DNA of 64,000 nucleotides from Octopus bimaculoides. Its lineage: Eukaryota. The translations under genes were made by a program, and so were the position numbers. The stretch covers positions 107,850,764 to 107,914,763 of the forward strand of contig NC_068985.1 of NCBI RefSeq assembly GCF_001194135.2, read 5' to 3'. A model generated the notes under the pieces. That model was not told where the DNA came from. It saw only the letters and a program-made list of their open reading frames with translations, and did not search any database. This document shows positions 1 to 12,632 of this stretch, one piece after another; position 1 is the first letter of the stretch, and every line of letters starts with the position of its first letter.

Positions 1-876
1 CAGCGTTGCGTTTATATTCTATAATTTTATAGTAGAAAGTCAGGTATACAATCTAAAGATGTATAACCCACTTTCTACTAAAAGGTATTAAACGAATATG
101 AAAACAAAAGTTAGCGTCAACGAACCGATTATAAAGAAATTTATGGAGAAAAAGTTTTTCCGACGGGGTGGGGGGAAAAGACTTTTTTCCTTTCCCCATT
201 AGGCTTGTTAACTTGCTTATTGGTGACCGAGAAAACTTGTAGTAATTAACCGAAAATATTAAACAAACAAGGAAGGTATCAAATGGTCGTGAGATGTGCT
301 AACAACAAACTGCTAAATCGCTCTTAACTTTTTTTCCTCAGTCAAACCATATTCAACACCGTATTTATGAAATTTGTTTCTCTCACCATGATACGTGGGA
401 TCTTTTTTTAAAACATTTTCTATTACTCAAACGAAAAATAAAATAAATCTAAAAATTTTACTTTTAAACTTTTTTCCATTACACACAAACAAAAAAATAA
501 TTTATGAAGTTCTTTCTCTCCAAAAGTCCTCTCCTCACTCCTTCGGAAAAAAATTCCCTGCAAATTTCTTTATAATCGGTTCGTTGGCGCAAATTGTTGT
601 TCTCATCTTCGTCCAATATACATCTTTTAGACCAGCACGATTTATAAATAAATATTTGATCTCAATTCGTCACAATACAAAGTAAAGTTTTCATCAAAAT
701 CACTCTAAAAAAACAGGAGATATTGGTTAATGTAGTCCGAGATACATTACAACTGAATTACAAAAAAATAATAAAACGAGATTGTAATAGCTAAAACAAA
801 GACGATTTGAGTTTCTAAGGCCATAATACGTACACCTATTTTGGTCATTATTAGTCTTTTGGCAGAATTCTAGAAA

Positions 877-1030
877 ACAAGACGATGTAGATAGATAGAT
901 AGATAGATAGAATGACAGATAGATAGACCGACAGATAGATAGATAGATTGACAGATAGATAGATAGACAGACAGATAGATAGATAGATAGATAGAGACAG
1001 ATAGACTGATAGATAGATAGACAGAGAGAG
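877..1030 (+). repeat. (GATA/GACA)n microsatellite
   Basis: Directly visible. Confidence 0.9.
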
Positions 1031-1230
1031 TGGTGGTAAACGAAGAAGGAATGGCGATGAAAATGAGATAGTGTGAGAGAGAAGCGAAATAAGAGCCAGA
1101 TAGAGAACGGGTGAAATTGTGAGAGGAGGAAAGAAAAAGAAAGATACGGGTAGAGAAAGAAAATAATTTGGACAAAGAATAGTAATGAGAAAAGAAGATG
1201 AAGAAGAACGAGGTAAATAGAATAAAAAAA

Positions 1231-1631
1231 GGAAGGAGTGGCTGTGTGGTAAGTAGCTTGCTTACCAACCACATGGTTCCGGGTTCAGTCCCACTGCGTG
1301 GCACCTTGGGCAAGTGTCTTCTACTATAGCCTCGAGCCGACCAAAGCCTTGTGAGTGGATTTGGTAGGCGGAAACTGAAAGAAGCCTGTCGTATATATGT
1401 ATATGTATATATATATGTATGTGTGTTTGTGTGTCTGTGTTTGTTCCCCTCAACATCGCTTGACAACCGATGCTGGTGTGTTTACGTCCCCGTAACTTAG
1501 CGGTTCGGCAAAAGAGACCGATAGAATAAGTACTAGGCTTACAAAGAATAAGTCTTGGGGGTCGATTTTCTCGACTAAAAGCGGTGCTCCAGCATGGCCG
1601 CAGTAAAATGACTGAAACAAGTAAAAGAGTA
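1231..1631 (+). mobile_element. Full-length tRNA-head CORE-type SINE (family S1a, Octopus OR-like)
   Basis: Head ggagtggctgtgtggtaagtagc...ggttcagtccc (Pol III A/B boxes), CORE-like caccttgggcaagtgtc, internal (TA/TG)n, tail gcatggccgcagt..aatgactgaaacaagtaaaagag. Many further copies in the window. Confidence 0.9.
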
Positions 1632-3177
1632 ATAGACTGAGAAGGTAAGAAAGATAAAGTGAGGAAGAGGGATTCATACTACTTGAAGAAGGATAAATAA
1701 TGAGAGCGAAAGACAGAGAAAAAAGGCAAGAGAGCGTGAGAAAGAGAATCGGTATAATATGAAAAAAGAGAGAAAACAGAATGGATGAATGAACTGAGAT
1801 TATCTGAGAAGTTATGCGTAAGTGTCAAGAAGTTTCTTTGTGTAGATTGAAAAAACAAGGAGGAGGAGGAGTCAAGATGAAAAAAGTAAAAGCTAGCAAG
1901 TGAGTAAGTAGTTGATAATATGAAAGAGAATGAGAAAGAAGAGAAGAGAAATAGTCGGGTAAAAAAAAAGTTCACAGAGAAAAACGAAGTTTCGATGGAG
2001 ATATAAGGAAAGAGAGAAAGAGTCACAGTGGGAGGCAGGGTAATAGTATGAGAAGAGGTGGGAGGAAACAGGGCGAGAACAAGTAAGATATAGTGGAATT
2101 GGTAGTGGTGTGAGTGAGAAAAAGAGTAATATAGAGAAAAGGAGAGAGAGAGAGAGAGAGAATAGTAGCATTAAGAGTAAAAGTAAATAAGTAGAGATTG
2201 TATCAGTGGGAGGGGATGAGAAAGACTAGGTAAGACAGAGCGAGTGAGAGAGAAAAACAGTTAAATAGAAAGAGTAGATGAAAGAATGAATGATTGAGAG
2301 AAAGAAGTACGTTCGGAGAAACAAGGTGAAAGTATCGCGATAGAATACGAAAAACTGAGAGAGAGAGGAGCGCTCGCCGAAGAAGATATGAGAAAGAGAC
2401 GTTTGGGAGTAAGAGAGAATTGTGATAGGATAAGAAAAACAGAGAGAAGAGATAGAGAGCGCGCGTTGACAGACACAGTGTGAGAGAAAGAGACGCAGTG
2501 GGAGTAAAGTAAAGATGCGCAAGAAAACATAGAGAGAGAGAGGGGGACCGCGTCGCAGGAGAAAGTATGAGAGTGGCAACAGAAGAAAAGGGAAAACAAA
2601 CAGAGAGAGAGGGAAATAGATAGATAGAGTTTAATGAGCGTTGAGGAAAGAGAAGGTATGAGAGTGATAAAGTTGGTAGCGGTGTCAGTTGTACGAAGTA
2701 ACTGACATATAGGTAGTTACACATATACTAATACGCACAAACACGCCATGAGGTATACACACTCACTCATACATATAAACAACACAATATGTTGATGCAT
2801 AATAACTAACGTGCATCACTCATACGGTATATATAATATATATATAGATAGATAGAAGCACACAAACATACTGTAAAAAATACTAATGAAGCACATATAA
2901 AGGTACACGGAGACTAGTTTAAGTAGCATACACCAGTATTACAGATAGAGGCAAAGAAATACCAACAGAAAATCACAACTGTGATAGAAAGCCACGCATA
3001 AAAACAATATAGTCATAGACACGCGCGTGTCATACACGTAGAAAGGCTCCCGTACATACATACATACATAGTACACACGCACACTAACAAGATAAGACAT
3101 TCACGTAAAACACATAGGAAAGCGCGCGCGCACACACATATATGAACAAACATTCACGTGAAACAGAAAGCCGCTCG

Positions 3178-3208
<31 letters not shown>

Positions 3209-3294
3209 CAGTAACATACACATAGTCATATTATAACTTCGAGCTCTTTCAACAAAGACTATACTTAATCGCAGTACACAACACGTTATTATTA

Positions 3295-3552
3295 TTAGTC
3301 CATAGTTTAAAGTGAATCTAGGAGATAGCGTTAACTAATTGCTTGGCTGGCTGGCTGGCTGGCTGCCTGCCTGTCCTCTAAAACCTGTACACAGAAACGT
3401 TCAGCTCTCACCAGGTTTACTTACTGCTTTCGCCTGCTTTTTGGTGCAGGAAATGACTAACAGACAAGTCGAGTTACTAGTGAAGCTTGTAGACTTTTGG
3501 CAAGACCCCCAGTAAACAATCCATACTATTCTAGTTCCATAAGCAAAGTGCT
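3295..3552 (+). promoter_or_regulatory. Putative TSS and 5' UTR of exon 1
   Basis: Inr-like TTAGTC at 3295-3300 follows a TTA run, then unique sequence with a (GGCT)n tract leads to ATG 3553. An alternative acceptor (ctgctttttggtgcag|3450) means an upstream exon cannot be excluded. Confidence 0.3.
3453..3515 (+). other. Upstream ORF (MTNRQVELLVKLVDFWQDPQ*)
   Basis: ATG at 3453 with a purine at -3, TAA at 3513-3515, out of frame with and 37 nt before the main ATG. Confidence 0.4.
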
Positions 3553-3600
3553 ATGGACACGGAAAACCATTGTCTCAAGACTGGCTATCTCTTGAAGCAG
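3553..3600 (+). CDS. PLEK2: First coding exon of a pleckstrin-like PH-domain gene (MDTENHCLKTGYLLKQ, PH beta-1 strand)
   Basis: ATG at 3553 in strong context (gctATGG) with an in-frame upstream TAG at 3532-3534. 16 codons end in phase 0 at the donor CAG|gtaagc (3601). LKTGYLLKQ matches the PH beta-1 motif (human PLEK2 LKEGFLVKR, from memory) and joins exon 62353 in frame. The symbol is the closest recalled human sequence; an invertebrate gene may be co-orthologous to PLEK and PLEK2. Confidence 0.85.
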
Positions 3601-3924
3601 GTAAGCCTTGTCTTTATTATTTTTTTTTTCATTTTACGCACAGATAAGTACATTCACCATGTATTAGTGTGTGATATATATATATATATATATATATGCA
3701 TATGTATATTCTCTCTCGCCCATTAAAAACAACATATAAACATTGCTTGCCAGCTCATGGTTAAAATACAAAAATTGTTCAAAGTATAATTATGATAGTA
3801 ATTGATGCCTAATGAATTACAGAATAATTTCAGTATTCAACAATTGGTAATTTCGTTACATAAGCATTTTACTTCGCCCGCCCAATTAATTGTAAACGCA
3901 TTCTTGTCTCTTTTATTGGGAGTT

Positions 3925-4008
3925 TATATATATATGTATATGTATGTATGTATATATATATATATATGTATTTATATATATATATGTATTTATATATATA
4001 TATGTATG

Positions 4009-4094
<86 letters not shown>

Positions 4095-4203
4095 TGTATA
4101 TGTATATATATATGTATATATATGTATATATATATGTATGTATGGATATGTATGTATGTATATGTATGTATATATATATGTATGTATGTATATATATATA
4201 TAT
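3925..4203. repeat. (TA)n tract punctuated by G, (TATATATATATG)-type
   Basis: Directly visible; source of the YI/YM-rich ORFs. Confidence 0.95.
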
Positions 4204-5004
4204 CCGTACCGCGGTTTCTGGGTATATTTCCCACTAATTTATACATTTGTATATAATAGAAAAGTTGAACTTGGTAGTGGAAAGAAAGCGCACACGAAAG
4301 TCTAACATTGCCAGATTCCCAGACGGCATCCAAAATTTGAATGGGACTATAATAGAAGACACCGCTGGCATCTCAATTTATCTTCCTATTCTTCTTACAG
4401 AATATAATAGTCTGTGACATCAGGGATATAAGACATTGTTACTGATGTGACATACACAAAGCCACCGATCCTGATCGTAGTGATATAATGATGTTAATGG
4501 TTTTTAATAGAGGCACAATACCTGCAATTATTTGATACCATCGACCCTAATACTTGCTTGGTACTTTATTTTATAGTAATGATATTAAGAATAATTATAT
4601 ACAAAAGGATAGCGGTTGACAAAGTCGTTAAAGTCTGAAATAAATGCAAAATAAACTATAAAACTGTTTACTTTTCAGTTTCAAATCCCACCGTGGCCAA
4701 TTTTGTTCTAGATTCTTTCGGGGGTGGGGGTCTGCGACATAAAGTACCAGACAAACTTGTAACTAGATCCCCCCTCAAAATTCCAGACCTTGTGGTTCGT
4801 ATTTGAATCACTTGTTTTATATATATATATATATATATATACACTGGAATTCTGTTTTTTGCTTAGCGTTGTATTTTGAAATATATTGACATTGGTCGGA
4901 GTATGTGTATGTATGTATGTATTTATGTACACATTCACACACTCATATACATTCATACATGTATTTTGTGTGTGTGTACATATATATGTATGTATAAAGA
5001 CACA

Positions 5005-5012
5005 CGCACACG

Positions 5013-5057
<45 letters not shown>

Positions 5058-5060
5058 ATA

Positions 5061-5091
<31 letters not shown>

Positions 5092-5312
5092 ATATATATA
5101 TATATATACACACACGTATGTATATATATATATATATACACACGTATGTATATATATATATATACACACGTATGTATATATATATATATACACACGTATG
5201 TATATATATATATACACACACGTATGTATATATATATATATATACACACGTATGTATATATACACATACACACATGTATGTCTATATTTACACAAACATA
5301 CACGTATGTCTA
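5005..5312 (+). repeat. Minisatellite, (TA)n-CACACGTATG, about 10 units
   Basis: Ten cacgtatg occurrences separated by variable TA runs. Confidence 0.95.
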
Positions 5313-5374
5313 TATACACACACTCACATGTATGTATATATATATATGTATATATATCTACACACACACACATG

Positions 5375-5413
<39 letters not shown>

Positions 5414-5961
5414 AGAGAGAGAGAGAGGCATACCTACTCCAGTTGTTTCCTCATAACTTTTGGAAAAATGGACGTATTTTAATGAAATTTTTTTTGAAAA
5501 GTTATGAAACAAAGTCAGTAATGGTGTGCACACTTATGTAGGTAATTTATTTGTAAATTCGGTTGTTCAGAATGTCGTTCCTATGAGGTCTTTTTTGTTC
5601 CGGGGTTGTTGTTCATGGACAGATTCAACAATTTTACCTGTGTGTGTAAAAGTAGAAAGAAATACACACACACACACACTACGTACGTGTGTGTGTTGCC
5701 GTCATCATTTAACGTCTATTTTCCATGCTGACATGGGTTCGTGTGTGTGTTTGTGATTTTATTTTTGTTTATTTCTCCTCACTCTTCTTCATCATTGTTT
5801 TCGTGAGAGAATAGCATTGATTAACAATGAATAACATGCCTACAACATGCATATACTGTCACCACCAGAATCAAAAGTTGGATTCAAGATAAATAATTCA
5901 CGATGGTATACAGTTCTTAATAACGCAGAAACCCTCAGTGTTTGTGTGTGTGTGTGAGTGA

Positions 5962-5996
<35 letters not shown>

Positions 5997-6952
5997 GGAG
6001 CTAACTACAGTTTAGTGCTTCCTCCTTTCGATTTTGTTTCCTCATAACTTCCTGAAAAATGCGCAGTCAAGTCGTGCGGAACGAAGAATGATCTGAAATT
6101 AATAATAAAAAAAAACTAATAAAATTACTTTTTCTTCAAATTTTATCAACGTAATTGTAACCTACACCCTCCAAAACGTATCATTGCAAAATTTCATTTA
6201 AAGAAAAAAGAAACAAACATTTTTTTCATTAAGTAACGTGTAAACAAAGTCAGGTAGGCAGGGGCACTACACTAGATATTCCTCCTTCACTTTCCACCAT
6301 CTATCTATCTATCTGTTCTATCTATCTACCTACATATCTATCTATCTATCCATCTGTATGTTACACACGTGTGTATTTGTAATATATGTGTGTATAGATG
6401 TAACAGGTAACATGCATTTTAAACACTACATGTTTCCTTGCTGATGATCTTTATACTCCCATGACATATCGGTTATTTAATAAAACACGTAGAAAGAAAC
6501 TAGTGTTAAAAGGTAAAATATATAAATAACATAGATCTTCACTTTTTAAATAAACATGCACAGTGCTTCATCACCACATACAGTGACCGTCACTTTGTAT
6601 TTTTGTTTTTCAAAATATATTAATACAGTAAAATTCTTAACAGTTTTCAGCCAGTCGAACCAACATTATCTTGGGTTATAAATTTCAGATATCACGTAGC
6701 CACGCACATAGTTAGTTTTACTGTTGGTTATTGCCTCGTTTGTTGTTGATGTAATTTGTGTGGCTTTGTGCCAAAGTTAAAACTTATCAGCGTTATATGT
6801 ATGTTTATAGGCACACAAATGTCTGTCTGTCTGTATGTATGTATAGATGGATGGATGGTTCAACTCCCGGCCCTCTCTCTGCTGCGTTGGTTTTCATATT
6901 CGTTTTTTACACATGGTTTTATACCTATCACCGGGAGTTAAAACTATATATA

Positions 6953-7029
<77 letters not shown>

Positions 7030-7730
7030 TACTGTATGTGTGCACCTGTGGACAAACCAATATTAACATAGTATTGCTAGGTGCTTGAGTGTGTCAAAGA
7101 TATCTGTCAGGCGTATACATGTTGACAAACCTATATTCACGTACATGTTGATTGCATGATGGTCTTCGTGTATGTCTACACATGTAAGCAAATCTATGTT
7201 CGCATTTATTGTACTGTGTGTGTATATACGTATACACATGCTGAGAAACATACACACATACATGTTGCTGTGTGTATATGTGAGACGTTACACAGGTACG
7301 TAGACAAACCCTGTATTCGCAAGTCTGTTGTGTGTCTCAGATCGCACATAGAAACACATGCTACATGTGTACCTGTGCACGCTCGCACATATTCACACAC
7401 GCTTTCTATCATGTACGTACTCACGTCTGTGGTATACATGTTGCTGTGTTTATATCTTAGATCACACGTAGAAACAAATATATGATGGGTACTACTAAAG
7501 CAGCGCGGACCCGAACGCGCAGTCGCGCGTCCGCGCTAGCTAGTCTTGAGTGGTCGACCCTAACCCTGTCCCTAACCCTATCCCTATATGATGTATGTCT
7601 ATACACACAAACACACACGTCTTTCTCTGTACACATGTAGACCGACAAGCCTATATTTACATGTTGCCGTGTGTATTTGAGAGATGATACATAGAAACAT
7701 TCTTTACTCTTTTTTTCTCCGCCTCTTCAG

Positions 7731-7768
7731 ATAGACTTTTTCCTTAGTCTGACGTTCTGTACAATTTA
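7731..7768 (+). other. Candidate 38-nt non-coding exon
   Basis: Acceptor tctttactctttttttctccgcctcttcag| and donor TTA|gtaagt at 7769. No other support. Confidence 0.3.
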
Positions 7769-9519
7769 GTAAGTATTTAGTATTTAACTGTTACATAAGT
7801 ACCACACGCAATTTTCTGTTTTGTCTTCAAGGACTCAAAGACTCGCTATTGTTGATGCTAACCTGCTCCCGAGGTCATGCGATAAATATAAATTGCCTTA
7901 ACTACACGGTTGTCTATTAAGTTCTCATCTATTGAAGTGGAATGTGTGACTTTTTTTTTTTTTTAGCGGTCAGCGCTGAAATACTTCAGCCTTAGCTTAT
8001 ATATCGACGGTTTTTTTGTTTTTTTTTGTCTTGGGTAGATATACAGGAACTTTCGGAACCTGAAATTGATATTCCGACATCCACTCACAGAGTGCTCCAG
8101 ATCAGCCTTGTATTTTGGATTATGCTCTCTAGTATATCTATCTGGGAGATCCGACTGCAAAGACCAAGTAGTTTCTCACTAAGGTGTTCGAGACACTCTT
8201 GGCTGTCTTAAATAGTAGTTAGTAGCATCGTGACGTTTCCTCTGGCGCTTATATTTTTCTCTGTTGGACTAAAACAGGGATGTTATACAACTTTGTCATA
8301 CGATGAAGATAGGGTGCTGAGATCAAGGAAAGCCATTGATATAGAGGATCCTTTTGATAGCTTGCAATGGTGTGTTTATGATCATATTTTGACTGTACTA
8401 GATATATAAGTGAGTCAAGTACGTCCTAAGATCCTGCCATCTCCAGTAGTAGTACGTTTTTGTTACAATCATGATGAAGCATCCAATTTGACAAATCTTT
8501 CTTTAAAAAGACAATTTTTTTCTTCTGGCTTTATCTTTCAATTGATGTCACAAACTCTGTCGAAAAACTTGACCTTAAAAACCAGGTCAGACTTTAGATC
8601 TGACACTAATTTTTTTACTTTTTTTTTTGTTTTTGTAAGAAGCACTACTACTGGTTAATAGTCCAAAATTTTTAACGAAGCCCTGTCCATCTTTTCCCCA
8701 TGTTTTAACTTCCTTTACTGTCCTTCATTTCAATCTTTTTTCTAACTATCCAGTAGAACAGAAGCCAAATCTTCTCCAAAGCCCATCTTATTTTCATAGA
8801 AAAGGTCACTTTGGATAATGTGGTTGTGGGGGCACTGTGCCTAAGAAAAAGTCAAGATTGTCATTGCCAAACAACAACTTTCCCCACCTCTCCCCGCCAC
8901 AATTCTACCTCTGTTCACTCTCTCTCTCTTTGCTCTAGCTCTTACCAGACGATTCATTTTACAGTTTAGTAGAAACCTAATCCAACCCGATTTAGTAAGT
9001 TTATTAAAAAATTGTTGAAACACTTGCTCACACCACACACTTATATACATAGACACACATACTATGTTGGTGAATAGTCCCAGTAGCTCTGTATGTAAAG
9101 ATCTACTGTCTAACATATTAAACAATATTTGACATATGGCAAGAATAATATCTGAGATGGAGTTTTTTTTTTTTTTTTTTTGAAATCTTAAAAATTTCAT
9201 AAATTGGAATATGAGTATTAATAAGAAATGAAATTGGCAACTGAAAGAAATCCCATAGGTAATTAAGTTTTCATTCTATTAATTAGTCAGATATGGCTGT
9301 GATGTTAAGCAGTTCGCTTTCCTAACTATATGGTTTTGGGTTCAGTCCCACTGTGTGGAAGCCTGGGCAAGTGTCTTCTTGTGTGGTTTTGATGTTGATC
9401 ATATCTTTGTCAGTAGACTTGAAAGTTGGAAACTGAAAGTGCATAAATCTATATGTGTATATTGTGTGTGTGTGTGTGAGTGAGTGTTTCCTTGTCTTTA
9501 TGTTGAACATCACCATCTT

Positions 9520-9898
9520 TTTGTTGGCACTCTATCGCTAACGACGTCGAGGGTTCCATTTGATCAACGGAACAGCCTGCTCGTGAAATTAACGTGCAAG
9601 TGGCTGAGCACTCCACAGACACGTGTACCCTTAACGTAGTTCTCGGGGATATTCAGCGTGACACAGTGTGACAAGGCTGGCTCTTTGAAATACAGGCACA
9701 ACAGAAACAGGAAGAAAGAGTGAGAGAAAGTAGTGGTGAAAGAGTACAGCAGTGTTCGCCACCATCCCCTGCCGGAGCCTCGTGGAGCTTTTAGGTGTTT
9801 TCGCTCAATAAACACTCACAACGCCCGGTCTGGGAATCGAAACCGCGATCCTATGACCGCAAGTCCGCTGCCCTAAGCATTGGGCCATTGCACCTCCA
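9520..9898 (-). mobile_element. S2 SINE
   Basis: Reverse-complement S2 copy abutting a truncated S1 copy. No clear TSD. Confidence 0.9.
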
Positions 9899-10500
9899 TA
9901 ACATACAAGCATACAAGCAGGGTCCTTCATTTTTTGTTATTCTATTTAAACCTGTATTACTATGGAAAAGTATTGTCTTAAGTGAAAACAGGTGATGGTT
10001 GCTGACTGGAAGAACATCCGGCTGCACAAGCATGGAAAAGTGGGTGTTAAAATTGATGTGGATGATGGGTAGTTCCCATGATTGAGACAGATTTGGTTGA
10101 TGCTGAGTTTGAGCATATGTAGTTCTGATGCCTATTGGGAATGGTGGAAAAGCAAATGAATTGTAGAGATTCAGAATTCTAGGGATGCATGGTTGTTGTT
10201 GATGATGGTGGTGTTGGGGCACATTGTTTAATGTTAGTTGTGAATGTTGTCATAGCTTGTCCAGGGGTCATTTTAATATCAGTGGAAGAGCAGAGAGAAG
10301 AAACAACATGTATGAACTGCTACTGGTTGCAAAGTAATCCTTGTCAATCAGTCTGCTGGTCTTTTTGATGTGGTTTAAGGATGTTTGTGCAGCTGCAGTA
10401 TTTCCCCAGATATATGAACAGTACTCTACCATGCGTCATTAGCTTTGTATACAGTCAGCAACCAATCAAATTTGAAGTATTTCCTGATTCTGATATGAAA

Positions 10501-10858
10501 ATCATCATCATCGTCATCATCGTTTAACGTCCGCATTCCATGCTAGCATGGGTTGGACGATTTGACTGAGGACTGGTGAACCAGATGGCTACACCAGGCT
10601 CCAATCTGATCTGGCAGTGTTTCCACAGCTAGATGCCCTTCCAAATGCCAACCACTCAGAGAATGTAGTGGGTGCTTTTACGTGCCACCAGCACGAAGGC
10701 CCGTCAGGAGGTACTGGCAACAGCCACGCTCGAAATGGTGTCTTTTACTTGCCACCTGCACAGAAGCCAGTCCAGCGGCACTGGCAACGATCTTGCTCGA
10801 ATGTCTTTACATGTGCCACCGGCACAAGTGCCAGGGCACAGGTGCCATCACGATTTCG
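10501..10858 (-). mobile_element. SINE or LINE-end element with RTE-type tail (family S4)
   Basis: (CAT)n-cgtttaacgtccgc..ccatgctagcatgggttggacg...gatgcccttcc, plus internal repeated gtgccacc..ggcactggcaac units. Confidence 0.85.
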
Positions 10859-11676
10859 AAAAAAATATAATCTCGTAATGTGGTACCTTAGGCAAGCGTC
10901 TTCTATAACCCTAAGCCATCCAAAACCCTGTAAGTGGATTTGGTAGAGAGAAGCTTGAAGAAGCCTGTTTCACGTGTGTGTGTGTGTGTATGTGTTTACC
11001 CTTGCTTTGATGTCATGTAATGGTTGTAGACAAGCATCACTGTCATGTGATGTTATTTATTTTGGGTCTTCTGTAAAAAAAACATTAACTTATCTGAAAA
11101 CAAGTAGAATTTGGTGATTGGAATGGTGTCCAGCTACCTCAGAAAATTCCATCTGACTCGTGCAAGAGTGTAAAAATGAACGTAAAATGTTTAGACTTTG
11201 TGATGCCGTTTTCACAATGCCATTCAAATAGATAAAATTACTGAGAGAGGTCTCGAGATATTGTTTGTGGAGACTTGCATTTATAATGATTTTGTTTGGT
11301 TGTCTGTTCATGACTAGATGGGTACAATACTGTTTTCCTTGATAATTGTTAGCTATTGTTTGTTGATGAAGATGAAAGAGAATTGTGTTACATTTCCCAT
11401 CGGAGAATGGTTTTGTAGTCTATTTGTGGCAGTGGTGCAAATCTGGTATGAGGTGTTTGAGTGCAGGATTTGTGTAATAGCCAAAATAAGTTGTGCATTG
11501 TTGTGTGTAGTAATCCAGAAGAAAGTGAGCTGAGAAAGATGACCTTAAGGAGTTCAGGGATGGTGGAGACAGCAGATGAATTTAGAACAATGGGGGGGGG
11601 GCATGGATAATTTTAGTCAGAGTAGCTGACTGCTCTGTGTTACTGACATCAAATTGAAAGAGAAGAGTAAATTCTG

Positions 11677-12062
11677 CATCATCATTATCATCGTTTAACG
11701 TCCGCTTTCCATGCTAGCATGGGTTGGACGATTTGACTGAGGGCTGGTGAATTAGATGTCTACACTAGGCTCCACTCTGATTTAGCAGAATTTCTACAGC
11801 TGGATGCCCTTCCTAACGCCAACCACTCTGAGAGTGTAGTGGGTGCTTTTACATGCCACCGGCACGAAGGCCAGTCAGGCGGCACTGGCAACGGCCACGC
11901 TCAAAATGGTGTATTTTACGTGCCACCTGCACAGGAGCCAGTCCATCGGCACTGGCAACAATCTCACTCAAATGTCTTTACAAGTGCCAGGAAGGCGACG
12001 CTGGGCACAGGTGCCATCACGATTTCACTTTTGCTTGCCCCAACAGGTCTTCGCAAGCCAAG
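11677..12062 (-). mobile_element. S4 element
   Basis: Co-linear with 10501-10858. Confidence 0.85.
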
Positions 12063-12276
12063 TTCATATGTATAGATACATATTTCTGAATTAAGATGGA
12101 ATATAGTATAGCCTGGATAGATACAGGTTCGTCAAAGACAGAATGAGTGTTGTGTCCTGCCTGTTAGGCAAGCTTATAAATTTATGATTTCGAATCTTTG
12201 ACAAGTTAGTACATTGTATCTTTGAGCAAGGCACATCATTTTATGTTGCTCCAGTCTACTAGGTTGAAAATAAGTA

Positions 12277-12632
12277 TTAGCTCATAGCAAAGGCAAGGGT
12301 ATTGTTTTCAGTCATGTTTGTTTGTCCATGGACAAGATATCTCAAGAACCGCTGGATGGATTTGGATGAAACCTTCAGGCATGTTTGGCCTCGTGACTGG
12401 CATGAACTGATTAGATTTGGGGATTGATCCAGTACCGGACAAGGATTCTGAATTGTTTTTCTGGGTTTTTTACTTAATTTTTGAGAGCAGTCAGGTTTGT
12501 TTTTAGCATTCTCGTCTTTGAGAGCAGTCTAGTTTATTTCAGATATTCTCATTTAAAAAAAAAATCATCTCTGGCTAATCGTTGAGAGGACACATTGATG
12601 GTGGAGGTTTGCTCTCTCTGAGTGCTCTTGTT
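12277..12632 (+). mobile_element. Helentron-associated HINE-like element
   Basis: Begins ttagctcatagcaaaggcaagggtattgttttcagtc..gtttgtttgtcc, has central ggatggatttggatgaaacc, and ends ggaggtttgctctctctgagtgctcttgtt. This is the recalled layout of DINE-1/HINE-type elements. Confidence 0.6.

Noticed and set aside
727-2724. Long minus-strand ORFs (181, 198 and 173 aa) rich in L/S/F/Y
   Set aside because: They read through (GATA)n, the purine-rich block and an S1 SINE. They are low complexity, open in several frames at once and have no splice signals.
3802-5541. ORFs of 97-221 aa made of YI/YM/HT/CV repeats
   Set aside because: Translations of (TA)n micro- and minisatellites.
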